A stretch of DNA of 60,650 nt, the filler included, from Polymyxa betae A26-41 (taxonomy: Eukaryota > Protista > Endomyxa: Phytomyxea), in the NCBI GenBank assembly GCA_003693705.1. It is 7 parts of 7 records of this genome, joined end to end, with 100 filler letters (N's around TTAATTAATTAA, not from the genome) between each part and the next. Parts side by side here need not be neighbours in the genome. Positions count along the whole stretch, not along the records: positions 45,293 to 49,113 come from RBZT01000962.1; positions 49,214 to 57,799 come from RBZT01000135.1; positions 57,900 to 60,650 come from RBZT01000923.1; 4 more parts are not named here. One strand, 5' to 3'. The notes under the pieces were generated by a model. That model was not told where the DNA came from, made no database searches, and saw only the letters and a program-made list of their open reading frames with translations. The position numbers and the translations under genes were made by a program. Of the stretch, positions 47,109 through 59,591 are shown piece by piece (the first letter of the stretch is position 1; the number at the start of each line of letters is the position of its first letter).

Positions 47109-49113
47109 ATGATAGGTTCCACCACCTTTCCACCACGTTCCACCAGTTCCACCACCGCAATCCCGAGAGTGCGTGGGGGTGCCACTCAGGAGGCTGTGCC
47201 CGCGTCTGTGTCTCGTAGGCACGAAATTGAAATGCCGTTCAAAATGGAATCAATGCGTCGCAAGCGAGGTCGCGCTACCAGACTTGTGATTACCGAGGCC
47301 ATGCAGGAGAAAGCCCAAGAAGAAGTCGAAAAATTGCTGCAAATCATGCAGTTGGTGCATGGAGGGCGGCGCTCGTTGACTGGCCGTCGCGTTTTGAAAG
47401 ATCTGAGCAAAGCCCAATACTCGTGTCATTTCAAATCGCTTCAAGATTTTGTAATTATTATAGGTGATTGGCAATCGTTAATCATGCTATCCGAGGATGC
47501 ACCAGAAGGATTCTGCCCTTCAATTAGTGCGGATTCCATTTGTTCATTCATCAAATGGAAAACAGAACCTGCAGGAGAGCCCATAACATCACGATCCGGT
47601 AACCGCCTTTTAACTTGTTTTACTAACTGTGAGATCCTAGCAAGCTGCTCCTGGAAAGCTCCTATTAATTTAACCCCGTTCTTCTCCGCAATTTCATGCC
47701 TTCACCAGCATCGCTATCAAACCGGAGCGTATGAAGAACCATGCAGTAACTGTTGGGATTCTTTCCGACGTGATGAGAAGATAGGTTGCCTTCATCATCT
47801 TGGAAAGCCTCGTCTCTTCACGCAAGGTAATGTCTGCCTGTCTTTACAGGTTGTGGACTGTGTAAAATAGGGGCGAGCAGATCGTGAAGGGTACCGCGCT
47901 CAAGGAGACTCCCCATTGTCTCCTGATGAGCTGATGAGATTGCGAAAGCATTTATTGTCAGAAAATACATTAGATGGGTGGCAAGAATATGTGCATATTC
48001 TATTTGACATTAAGCTCTTCCTACGAGACGGAGAAGCAGCCGAATTCGGGATCGGCGAGTGCCGATTCATACGAGAATTGACTACTTTTGACATTGAAGG
48101 CGTGGCATCTATGGTAGCTGTTCGTGTGAAAGGAAAATCGGACAAAGAACCAGTCACATTATGCATTTGGAGAGATGATGATATTCCTGAACTGTGCCTT
48201 CTACGCCACCTTCTCGCGTATGTTCATCTTGCTGGAATTAAAGAAGGTCAGCTGTTATTTCCTGATTTAGACAACCGCGACATTCCGATCCCATATTCCA
48301 CTTTCAATTTTCGTTTGAAGAAGTTATTTCTTAAAGTGACCGGCCGCCATGGACCCTGGGGTACACATTCATTACGAAAAACTGCATACCTACTAGCATC
48401 ATGGTGTGGAGCCAGTGATTTAGAACTGATGGCGTCCACAAGACATAAATCTCATGACGTCAGTCTAAGATACAAGAAGGATTCACTTACGTTGCTGGAG
48501 ATCACCAAGAACAACGGGTAAATTTTTTGCAAAATATTTATGTGGGAGTTGATGGCTGATTCAATTTTCGTAGCAATCAGCTAATGATATCGCAACCAAC
48601 TTGGCGACCAATATTCGTTGAGCACCTACAGCTAGCTGTTTCGCTAAACATCAACTCGGGATCTAGTGACAAGCCGAATGAAAGGCTGGCTTCTGATTTT
48701 GTGAGATATATGACTCGTAAGAATGTTATCACCCAAAGTCAAACACATAATGCCGCTGCATTGGAAAATGCAATTTTACGTCACTTGTTTTCAAGGACGA
48801 TCGCTGCAGAGCTCACAAGTCTGATTTCTCAGATAGTTTGTCCAGATTTGCATCAAAAACTGCAGTGTGTGGTTGGGCGAGCTATTTCAGCCGCGCATGG
48901 TTCGGACATTGTATAGAACGACACAACAGAGAGTGCCCCGGCCCCGGCAATTCCAGAGCATCAACCAGAAGTCGTGACAGTAAGAATAAGGCGAACTATA
49001 TTTATATCATAATGTATTTAACACTATAATAAGCAGGATCGCCGGGAGAAGAGAATGCGCCGTGAAGGAGAGTTCGACGTTCAGGAAAGAGAACTGATCG
49101 GGAAATGTACCAA
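47109..49113 (+). mobile_element. Tyrosine-recombinase (Crypton-like) transposase gene, spliced, two in-frame TAGs, truncated by contig end
   Basis: FLRDGE (R), VKGKSD (K), HSLRK (HxxR), RHKS (H), LRYKKD (Y). Introns 48518-48573 and 48980-49036 restore the frame. Confidence 0.88.
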
Positions 49114-49289
49114 NNNNNNNNNNNNNNNNNNNNNNNNNNNNNNNNNNNNNNNNNNNNTTAATTAATTAANNNNNNNNNNNNNNNNNNNNNNNNNNNNNNN
49201 NNNNNNNNNNNNNAGTGGACAAAACGTTCGACCGATCTCTCGCTTACTCGATTCCGTTTGGTTCGTTTGTCCTTTTGGCCATTATGGAG

Positions 49290-49420
49290 CATTGCGGACT
49301 CCCCTTCACCGAATCTGGTTGCCAGAAGTCTTTTAAAACGAAGCATTCATTAAATCGACATATGAAAACTGTCATTGTCCTCCCAGCAAATTGAAATGCA
49401 ATTTTTGTGATAATGTTATT
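49290..49420 (+). pseudogene. C2H2 zinc-finger remnant
   Basis: SGCQKSFKTKHSLNRHMKTV followed by a frameshifted LKCNFC. Confidence 0.5.
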
Positions 49421-50472
49421 AAGTAGATTTTTTCTTCGGAAACACTTTTCGTCGCAGTATAAAGAAAGTCTTTTTTAACCTAACATCTGCAGCATTCTTT
49501 GCTGTTATCGTTCGGAATCGAATTACTTTGCTGATCCATTTGAATCCGGACAAATTGTCTCAATTTAGAAGATGACTTTTTTCAAATCAGATTCTGTTAG
49601 CTGTCCATTTTATTGATAATCGTGTCAAACTTTTCAAAGTTTCGGTTCCTCATTCAAATGGATTTGATTACCATTACGGCGAAATCTCTCTGTAAAGTCC
49701 TTATATCTCCAAAACGCATCAGTTATCATACTGTTCGATTGATTTTTATCGATTCCTGTTTTTTCTTCGTTCTTTTTGCTGCAGAACGGATTTCAAGAAT
49801 TCCATTTGGAGAGCGCATAGTGAATGGGTTCGTTTATAGCCGTTGCAAGATCCGTCGAATGCAATTAACAAAGCAAATTTCATTTGATGTATGAATAAAT
49901 TTAAATATTGTTTATATTTACTGTAATATCATTGTGAAATGCATTTCCAATTAATATTGTCTTGCCTAAAAGAAGAGCTTCTAAAAACAAGAGCACCGCC
50001 AATAACGCATAACAGGTAAGCAGCAAATTCTTCGTTGGAGTAAGTCAGTAAGCACAGGAAAAGTCCTATACTACAGCTCTTAAAGGCCGCACAACGCTGA
50101 ACAGTCCTCATCACGGCCAAGCACAAAAGAAGCCGTTGAGGGAGAAATTGTGAGCGTGAGATCCGTTGCAGACAACGGGCACCGGAGCTCTGGATGAGAG
50201 CAATTCCGCAGTATGCAGCGGCTGATATCGGATTTTTCGGTGGATTTTCCTATTGGGGCTTTGATTTTATCGCTTCGTTTGCTTCGTGATTTTGGAGCTT
50301 GAAATGACGCACTGTTTCAAGACCATCACGGAGTCCAATAAGACCGTGTAGCCAAACAAATTTAGGCAAGAAAAATAGGTTGAGATTAGAAGCTTCTGCA
50401 CAGGTTTTGTTGATGACGATTTCAATCTGTAACATTAGCTCATGTGGGCTTCCTTTCGATCTTGAAGAGTTC

Positions 50473-50544
50473 GGCTTAGTGGTCTAGTGGCATGATTCCC
50501 TGTTAGGGTCGGGGAGGTCCCGGTTTCGATTACCGGCTGAGCCC
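50473..50544 (+). tRNA. tRNA-Pro(AGG)
   Basis: Cloverleaf GGCTTAG/CTGAGCC, anticodon loop TTAGGGT, T-run terminator. Confidence 0.93.
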
Positions 50545-50765
50545 ATTTTTTTTGTTTTTGGAAAGGCTTCGTATTGTAAGAGGAAGTAATCAGGCGCATG
50601 ATCGTAGAATATATTAAGCTGTATGATTTGACAAAGCTGCAAAATGCTGATCGATCTGCGGACGCCTTTTTCCAGTTTGCATGAGCTGTCATCTGCCTGG
50701 ACGCTTGGATAATCTGCAGAAAACGGAGAGTGCGTGCAAATTTGATCATCGGGATTGTGTTCTGC

Positions 50766-51041
50766 TCAATACACTGAAGTCGGGTGTTTGCGAACGGATC
50801 GCGCCTGAAGCTCCGCACATTTCAACCGCTCGATAGAATGCAGAATGTTCTGGGGTGTTTTATCGGATTCAAGCAAATAATCCTGTATTGTGGCATCGGT
50901 CTGGAACAAATCGATCCTGGGGACATTTACCAGCAGAAAGGCGACATCGGGCGTTCTCTCCGCGATTGCCGTCTGAAGCAACATGAATCCGCGTTCATCT
51001 ATAACAACAATCAAACTGCGCAGGAACTCAGCGTCCATCAA
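50766..51041 (-). pseudogene. Ankyrin-repeat-like gene fragment
   Basis: DERGFMLLQTAIAERTPDVAFLLVNVPRIDL resembles one ankyrin repeat. Flanked by stops. Confidence 0.4.
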
Positions 51042-51614
51042 GGTTGAATTGAACTGGATCTATAATAGCACCCATTTGCATCAATTAGCGTTTTATAAAG
51101 CGCATAAACCCTTGACAAGGGTCCAATCCCTCACGGAATAGTCGAGTTCATATGCTTTGATTGACAATACAGCGAATCAACAATGGGGACAACGACATGG
51201 CGCAGGAGAAAAGAACACAATCTTACGTCCGCACTTTCTAAACACAATGAGGAAGCGCTCAATTCGTTCGGAATTGGAACGATTCAAAATTGGCGATAAC
51301 CGAGTATATCCGCACATGAAACAGATTGAGCAATCGATCAGGATGATGCTGATTCGAACATTGCGCTGCCGAAGACATTTGATGAGACCCGCGGAGCTGT
51401 ACAGTACGTATCATACCCGACATAGGATGAGGTTGAGACATGCCGCAGCACATGAATTTATTACATGCTTAACAGGTGCGCGTCCCCGGGGACCAGTACG
51501 ACCCGCGATAGATTAAACAGATCACTATTTTATGGTACAGAGGGGGTTCCGGGCGGAAGCCACGCAGTAGAGATGATAGGCACATCACGGAGTCCGGACG
51601 CGGTCTTTCGGGTC

Positions 51615-54475
51615 TCAGCGAATATGATCATCGTTGGAGACGTCGTCAAACACGCGGACGTGGTCCAGTGCGACCGGTTCTCGGAGGCGCAGCGCGGCCG
51701 CTATGCGCCGAATCTGGTCACGCTGCTTGACCGGCAGATAGTTCTGATACCAGACCAGAGTCCGTATGGCCGGGACGGACTGCGGAGGGCAGCGCTTGCA
51801 GAGCGCGGCCACATCCAGTCGCAGTTTCAGTTCGCGCAGGGTGCGCCCACGCACATCGACGCACTCCTCGAGCACGAGCAGCCGCTCACGGACCTCGGCG
51901 GAACACGAACGATACACGGCCGCGATCACTTCCACGACGTCGGCCAAGTCCGTGACGGACGCCGTCAAGGGGTCCGCCACCCGCTGGACATGCCACCACT
52001 GCTTCCGCAAAAGAAACACCGCCCTCACTTCCACCTGAATCTGCGCCATCAAATCCGCCGGCAGCAAGCCGGCCTCGGCCCGATGCGTGGACCAGTACGC
52101 CCGCCACGTGTCGTACTCGCCCGGAATCCGATCGTGACCGGCCTCGATCGCCGCAAACAGCGCCGCAATGGCGCGAGTGGCGACCAGCGTATAATCATAA
52201 CATGAACGAGCGAGGCGCAGCCTCTGCTCCGTGACGCCCGTCAGAGCGGCGCGTTTCCGCTCCGGGTCCAGTACGACGTCCAGGCGCTGCCTGTATTGTA
52301 GGAGGCGGCGTGTCCGCGCGGATTCCAAGCTGGAAGGCTGCAGCACAACACGGACACCGGGAAAGACGGAGAGTGCGGGGACGTACGAGAAAGTCCGGTC
52401 GATGGGGATCGGCTCGGTGTAGGCGGGCGGGATCCAGAGCGATTCCGTACGGAGAAGGATCTCGGCCCGGGCGAGGTCGAGGCCCTGGCGATGGGGGCCG
52501 CGCTGATCGTGGTCGAACAGAGTCTGAGTGGAGGGTTAAACCCTAGAAACCCTAGCGAGAGCGAAACAACGGTCGTACCTGGACGTGATTGACCCAGACG
52601 CGGAGGCCGCGCAGCACGGATTCGGTGTCCGTGTGCTGTGCGATGGTCTGTTCGAGAGACAGCCGGACCCGACGGTTGAGGCTGCGCGATATCCGTGGCA
52701 GTAACAGACTGAGAATGTCGTCGCTGTCCGTCACGGACCGCAGACGCCGATGCAGATCGCTGCGTTCCCGCAGCTGACGATACACGACGTACTGGACCGT
52801 CTCGGAGGTCATCAGATCGGCGCTTTCGGACGCTGTCGCGGACTCGAACAGGCTGCGCGCGATCGCAACCTGCGCAAGATAAGCACTCCGCACGGCCGCG
52901 ATGAACGGCTCATGATGCCGGACACGAAACTGGACATGATTGAAAAAGCGTCCGGCGTCCGACTCGTTGTAACGTTGCAGGAGGTAACATAATTGCGTCG
53001 GCGAGAAGCAACTCGGCGTGCGCGCGTGCCGCAGCGGCTCCAGACCCTGCTGAATCTGCTCCATCAGCCCGCAGACTTCGTCCATGTCCGCCAACGATTC
53101 CGAACCGCTCGTCGTCGTCATACTGGACCCGGACGACGCGTCGGAATCGCCATCGCCGTCCGTAACATGCGCAGCAGCAGCGGAAGTCACGGGTCGAGCG
53201 GCGCCTCGGCCGCGGCAGTCAGACGACACCACTCGTGGGCCAGTACGACGGTGCTGTTCAACGACCGGCAGCGGTGGCGATTGAATGCGTGCAGATGATG
53301 ATCGCGAAGAATTCTGCTGCGAGACGTTAGTTACGCTACCGGACGAATTGCGAGCCGATTCGGGCGATTCGGTAACGTCACCGTCGACGGTCTAAGTGAT
53401 GGAAACGTTAAATCAGTAACGGAAACGACACGACTCCAAGAAAAAAATGTCGAAAGTCCGAAGAATTAAGACAAAACATGCACTTACGTTAATGTAACAG
53501 GGAATAGATTGTTGCGAGCCTGCTCGCGAGACGGAAGTAACGTTACGGACAGGGTCAATAGTTTTCGTTACGAAAGACTGAAAATCAGGAGAACGTTCTG
53601 CGGAGAAGGAACTGTTGGCGACTTTCGGTGAGTCCGGGTCCGTCAGTGAGCTCAAGTCCGAGCCGTAGTGGCTTCCGTCGGTTTCGGACTGGCGCAGACT
53701 CGCATCCGGGTCCGAATCCAAAGACCCGCAGTCCGATGACCTCGGAGATTCGTCTACCTGAATACAGACGAAACAGATTCAGTTATGTTACTAAGATCGA
53801 CCGCGTTACAGAAACAATTATGAGAACCCATTCGCTAATGTAACATCATCAAATAACAGTTTGAGAAGCAAACCTTTTGTAAGCGAATACAAAAATTTGA
53901 AAAATTTGCTCAAAATTTGAGAAAAAATGCACGAAGGGATTATTCTGACATAAATCAACACAAAGTTTAGACAAAGATGATTCTGTGAAACCGACAAACA
54001 CGAGAGCATTTAGAGCCGAACAATTCTTCGAGATAAAAAAACGGATTCGAAAAATCGCTGTTCGTGACGAACACGTTATTGAAAACATCGGTTTTCTCGA
54101 CAATAGTTTCACAGAAAATCCCGGAAACGAAATCTTCAGCTACAAAACTGGAATACGGCAGCGTTTGAGCCGATGACAAAATCGATAAAAAACAAAGCGA
54201 AAACTCGTGATTCGTTTTACTGGATGGGCAGAGACTGGCGCTATAGTAATACAACATACCGTAGAATTGCAGATCAGCGATCTTCTCTGATCGTCGTCGT
54301 TGGAGTCGACAACGGGCGTGGGCAGCGCGGCGAATCGGACGTGGGTCTGCTGCTGGTCCCCGTTCGAGGCGCTTAAATGCCAGACCAGGACGCCGCACGC
54401 CGTCCCGGCGCCGAACGCCAGGACCAGGGCGGTCAGAGCCAGGACCCAGACGCGTCTCGGGCGTCGCAGCAGCAT
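51615..54475 (-). CDS. Orphan multi-exon protein (~750 aa) with N-terminal hydrophobic anchor, Ser-rich linker and helical C-terminal region
   Basis: ORFs 53413-53721, 52552-53232 and 51615-52346 join in frame through GT-AG introns (52524-52578, ~53392-53486). Link to the MLLRRPRRVWVLALTALVLAFG exon is less certain. Confidence 0.65.
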
Positions 54476-55265
54476 CGCATCCAGTGGCCAGCCAGCGACC
54501 AGCACGATCAGCGACGGGGGGGACCCGATCAATCGATAGACGGGGGGGCTGGCGGGGCGCGGACAGCGCACTTTTTCCGCCCTGGAGCGGCCTCTCACGG
54601 AAACCGTTCCAAGGCCAGGCTGATCGCTACGTTCGCCATGGGCTTGCACCGCCCGCCCAGGGCATTCTGGGTTCAGCACGACCACGTCCCTCGGGCTGGG
54701 GTCGTACTGCTCCGCGCATGCTGCAGCTTTGACCGGCTGGATTGAAATTGGGTCTTTGTTGCGAGGCGGATTCGATCCGCTGTGTCTCTCTCAATACGAT
54801 GATCATGACATAGACCGGGTTGCAGCGTGATTTTGTTTCAGATGGGATTCGAGAGATTGTTGCGCTCTTTTTGCTTTCGCCGGCCTGAGCTGAACTCAGG
54901 ATGATGTGGATGTCTGCTGAATTTTATGGAATCGCATAATTTCAGGTATTGTTTAGGAACTCTCCATTTCATCTGCGCTATTGACTGGATCAGCGTACAA
55001 TTTGCGGTCAGTATCATTGTAGAAGTCCGATCGCAGTCGAGGATCGAAAAAGTTAATGCTTGTGCACTTCATCAATTTCTACAACTAATAAAGTGATAAA
55101 CGATTGCGAGAAACTGAATCTTTCTATCACAATGCTTGGATAGGTCGTGGCAGTACAGTACCCAAAATGTTGGTTATGGGGGATCTAAAGAGCCTTCGCA
55201 CATAGTCTGCCGACGTGCCGACTAATATGGTCGTGCTGCGTGACCTCTTAGGGAAAAAAAATGAG

Positions 55266-55337
55266 AGGAGCCACTGGGATTTGAACCCAGGACCTGAGGA
55301 TCTGCAATCCTCCGCTCTGCCACTGAGCTATAACTCC
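55266..55337 (-). tRNA. tRNA-Cys(GCA)
   Basis: Minus-strand cloverleaf, anticodon arm GAGGA-TTGCAGA-TCCTC, T8 terminator. Confidence 0.95.
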
Positions 55338-56829
55338 TTGCTGATGTATCATTTCTTGATGGATTCAACTAACATGATTAAAAGCATTCTAAAAGCAGTT
55401 GATTGAAGAAAAAAAAATTTCATAAAGTAGATTCTTGTTAGGTTAGTATTGCGTAAAGAAATGTAATTCTCGTGCTCATTAATGAATCACGAGCAGCATA
55501 TCGAGTTGTATGTTTTTATCCACCTTTTTTTCCGTTCCAACAAAAATTCCCATACAAAAAAAACAATTTTCGAAATGACACGTTATTTGACCCTATATTA
55601 TATTGTGGAAAAAGACTTGATTTAAGGTCTAGCAGTAACTGGAAAATATCAATGACACTGACTTGAAATATGGCCTCGAATAAATCGGCCCATCTTCTTA
55701 TTGGGGTTTCTTTTTCGACTGTTACACCCCAGACCCCTGCGACCATTCCCAAACCGAACACAGAGACTGGCACAATAACATAAAGCCAATATAGCGGCTT
55801 AGTTGATGGAACTGTGCTATGCTTCTAAGAAGGACAGTGACAACATCAAGCAATGGGGAGCTACTCTGCGGGCGACGGTCATGCAGACCATACATTTTGC
55901 CGCAGGGGCAAACGCTTGCGCTTCGCTGAGCATCCACTGGCGGGGGCGCCCATGAGGTCGTCGAAAAAAAGGCCCTGCGAACAGAGAGGCATGAAAGGGA
56001 GTATGGTACCCGTTAAAGCATTTATGCCGGAAAACTTTTTGAACTTTCTGTACAGCATTTATCATCCCAAGTCGCGCGCTTTTGATGTATAAACATAGTG
56101 CGCAGTTGCGCATTATGATTCATCACAGAGGGCAAATTGAAACAGTGTCGGGTCACGATGGCGGGTACCATATGATTGAAACGGTCACAATCTGAACTTC
56201 TCGCACTTTTGGTTTCACAAAGCTCCACTGCCGATCATGGTTTTTCAGGGCGCTCCGCATCGTAAGGTCATCGCTCATTGGATTTAACATGAACTGTCAA
56301 AAACAGATGAAAGCGTGGCATTTTGAAGGCGATATTATAAACGGAGTATTCCAAATAAATGATTGTGATAATGGATATTGTACTACAACAAATTCAGAGC
56401 AAGGCAATACGATACAAGGCAAATATAATGTTTATGAATTTGATAATACTGTATGAGTTTTGAAGGTCAAAATACTGCATTAAGTAACTGCTCTGATACT
56501 AACGTAGATCCTCGGAATGTGCGATTTCGGTGGCCTCGTTAAGATCATCAAATATTATGATTGGGATTGATCCGTAACGGATTCCAGCCCTCTAGGCAGA
56601 AGAAGCCAGCCACAATATGCCCTGAGAGCAAGACATCAAGGCATAATTCGCTACTCGTAGTTGCAAACAATATTTCAGTTTAGTGTCATTATAGTTTCGC
56701 GAAACTGAGAATCAATATCCAACTATATTCTGCCAATCAACAGCATTAAGGAACCTTCAAAATGGTTATTGAAATTCTCCTTCCAGACGAGTGACCAGCC
56801 ATGGCTTTCTGGTCTTGAACAGAATCAGG

Positions 56830-57799
56830 TCTTAAAAACCGGTTCTCCTACTATATTGATTGCATGATTTCAGAGCTCAATCTTTCGCTAAGAGTTGCTG
56901 ATCGTTGATCCGATCCCCAAAAATCTCGATAAAACTGTCCACATCGTCATCACACAGATCTTGAAGGCATTTCAATAAGGGATTGACAACGTCATTAAGA
57001 TATTGCAGAAGATCTTTCGAACAATCCAACTTCATCAGCTGAACTTGATCTCGAAGGGCGCGAATGCAGACCAGAAATGATGTCTGTAACAATTTGAAAA
57101 AAGCCATCGAAATCAGTCATCCGATTACCGTCTGAAATCTCTGAATTTGATATTTAAGAAGGCAATCAAAAGCGCCGTCCGAATCTGGAACGAACTTTAA
57201 TGCTTTTGAGCCAATATGGCGCTCAATCGTTCGTTCAAAGCCGCAGATCGACACGGTCTCATCCTTACGATAACATTGAAGGTGAAACTTCGAATGGGAG
57301 AACGGACTTCCCCATCGCGAATGAAACATTCGCAGATCCTTCTTACAGCAGTTAGTGAGACATAATAGGACAGGCACGCAGGTATGAGACAGCAGATAGT
57401 AAAGGAGCGTTTTCCATCCCCGAAACCCGGCGTAAAAGGAACCTTGCTGTATATGCGGACCACGAGAATCAGTTTCTGCAGCGTGTTCGTGGCCTTCGCG
57501 AGCTCCGAAATCTCGTTCAAGACCACCGCGGTGTTATTCACGAAAACTGTTAAAGGTTCTTCATTGCGGCGATCAGTTCGGGTGATATTGGGCCGCGTCC
57601 AACGACTATCTGTGAGGAAATCGAACTCTTCCGGATTCGGTTTTTTGTTCTAAATTAAAAAAAAAAACTTATTAACGAGCTCAGCGCTGAACGAATAAAC
57701 TTACAAGAAACAGACAGAGGCTTTCGTAGCTATCAACGTCCACCTCGAAATTTAGCAAAGCGTTCAGATGTGTCATTTTCTGAATTAAGGAAAATCGCT
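56830..57799 (-). pseudogene. Secreted Cys-domain family, copy 6 (3' half)
   Basis: SYESLCLFL|NKKPNPEEFDFL, TNTLQKLILV, PVLLCLTNCCKKDLRMFHSRWGSPFSHSKF, VVNPLLKCLQ. Frameshifted. Confidence 0.82.
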
Positions 57800-58674
57800 N
57801 NNNNNNNNNNNNNNNNNNNNNNNNNNNNNNNNNNNNNNNNNNNTTAATTAATTAANNNNNNNNNNNNNNNNNNNNNNNNNNNNNNNNNNNNNNNNNNNNG
57901 TATTTAAAGATCAATTTTCACTTCTAGTACATCTCATTCTGTTATTGATTGTGTTCGGCTCACATCGTTCTGAATCGTAGCCGCTCACCGAGCGAGAAAA
58001 CCAACAATCCTGGCAAGACATGACTGCGTTGGCAACTTCGCGCGACTTTCGAAGAGTCGCCGCATGCGTCAGTACTTACGGAGACGGTACATCAGAACAC
58101 TTGGCACATCAGCGCTTACGCTACCAAAGTTACCGTGCTCTACGCTGTTCTCCTAGTCAATTTCGCAGAATTAAGCAACGACACCTTTTGTTGTTGCGGT
58201 ACTGTATTATTTAGAAAATGTGTTGAATATCATCATTGCCGCGTGAAGCCTACGCAAAAACCCTGACATTTGGCCCAACAAGACACGCTTGTGCTCATGA
58301 AGAATCTGCGAAATCTCTTCAAAATAGTTAACGAAACTGAATTGTGATCGATAAGATATAAGTTGGGTATTTAAATGCGCACATGATGTGGTCACTGCGC
58401 ATACGAAACTGTGAAATGCGCGAGTTTGCGCACATAGTTTTACTCTTTCACAGTTTGTAAAATCAGGTTTACCGCACCCGATGTCGTGAATCTTTTGGGT
58501 GGTGTAGAACAACACACTGTTTTTCGCGCAACCGCCCAAGCCTAACCCTAACATCAGGCTCTTGCAATTGCGCGCTGTCGGCAATGTGATGATACTTCTC
58601 CGTAAACTTGATAATTTTGGCGGTGCGTTGCATGCCATTGATGCATTTCTAGTTCTTGCAATAAGTAGCAACAA

Positions 58675-59572
58675 ATGCAACCAGACTTTCATCGCTTAGC
58701 AAGTACTATTATCACAGCTGGAAACCCTGGCACCCAGACCTTCAACACGGCCTATCGTGCGCACTTTGGCCTGTCAGCTGAAATATGTTTGCATCTCTGG
58801 CTCCTTATGGATGCCGAACAGGTTGGTTTATGCCAACGGATTCATCTTCTGTGGACATTGTTCTTCTTGAAAACATATCCTACGGAATATGTCGGAGCCA
58901 TTCGTAGAGGAGTTACTCCCAAGACTTTTAGGAAATGGATATAGATGATGATAAAAAAATCTCCAATTTGGAATTAGTATTCGAAATTGTTTGCGATTGC
59001 CAATCTTGAGTTCTGACTCTTTGCCTCAGATAAAGCCAGAGGAGAGGTGGGACGGTTGGCAAGTCCTAGATCCTTCGATGACCATTGACGGCGTTGACTG
59101 TTATCGCTCAGAACACAGGCCCTTGGATACAGCATATTTCTCCCACAAACTGAATCACGCTGGTTTACGATGCTTAATTGCTTTTTCCATAGGTCCTAGC
59201 AGAAAAAATATTGTTTGGTGGGGCGGAGGTGTCCCTTGCGGCGCAAACCCCGGCTTTAATCTGGCCCGAGAGATCCTTGTTCCTGTGCTGGAACCAGGAG
59301 AAAGAGTTTTTGCTGATTTAGGATTTCTGGATGCACGTTTCTTCAAAACACCAATCCCTCGTGCTGTCAATGATTGGGATAATGAGTTTAATAAGTAGCA
59401 CAAAGCAGATATGGCCTGCCATGAATCAATCAATAAGCGCTTTAAACAGTTTGCGATCCTTCGCGACTTCCGACATGTGGAGGATGCTAAGCACAAGCTA
59501 GTCTTTGCTGCAGTCATTAACATTACTCAGTTGTGCCTGGAGGACGATCATTTGTTCAAATCGTTTTTCTAA
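58675..59572 (+). pseudogene. PIF/Harbinger-ISL2EU (DDE_Tnp_4) transposase, degraded
   Basis: HLLWTLFFLKTYPTE HTH region, IDGVDC, FSHKLNHAGLR, ERVFADLGF, HESINKRFKQF. One intron, stops and a frameshift. Confidence 0.88.
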
Positions 59573-59591
59573 CTAAATAGAACCTGCCTTT

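Noticed and set aside
47070-57799. Starship-like giant YR element carrying the downstream genes as cargo
   Set aside because: An artificial contig linker at 49114-49213 separates the YR gene from those genes.
4439-59398. TAG codon reassignment, since many in-frame stops are TAG (4439, 24442, ~25686, ~42335, 47868, 48914, 58942, 59396)
   Set aside because: The residues expected at these sites differ (L, W, Q-like), the same genes also carry frameshifts, and TGA lesions occur too. Ordinary decay explains it.
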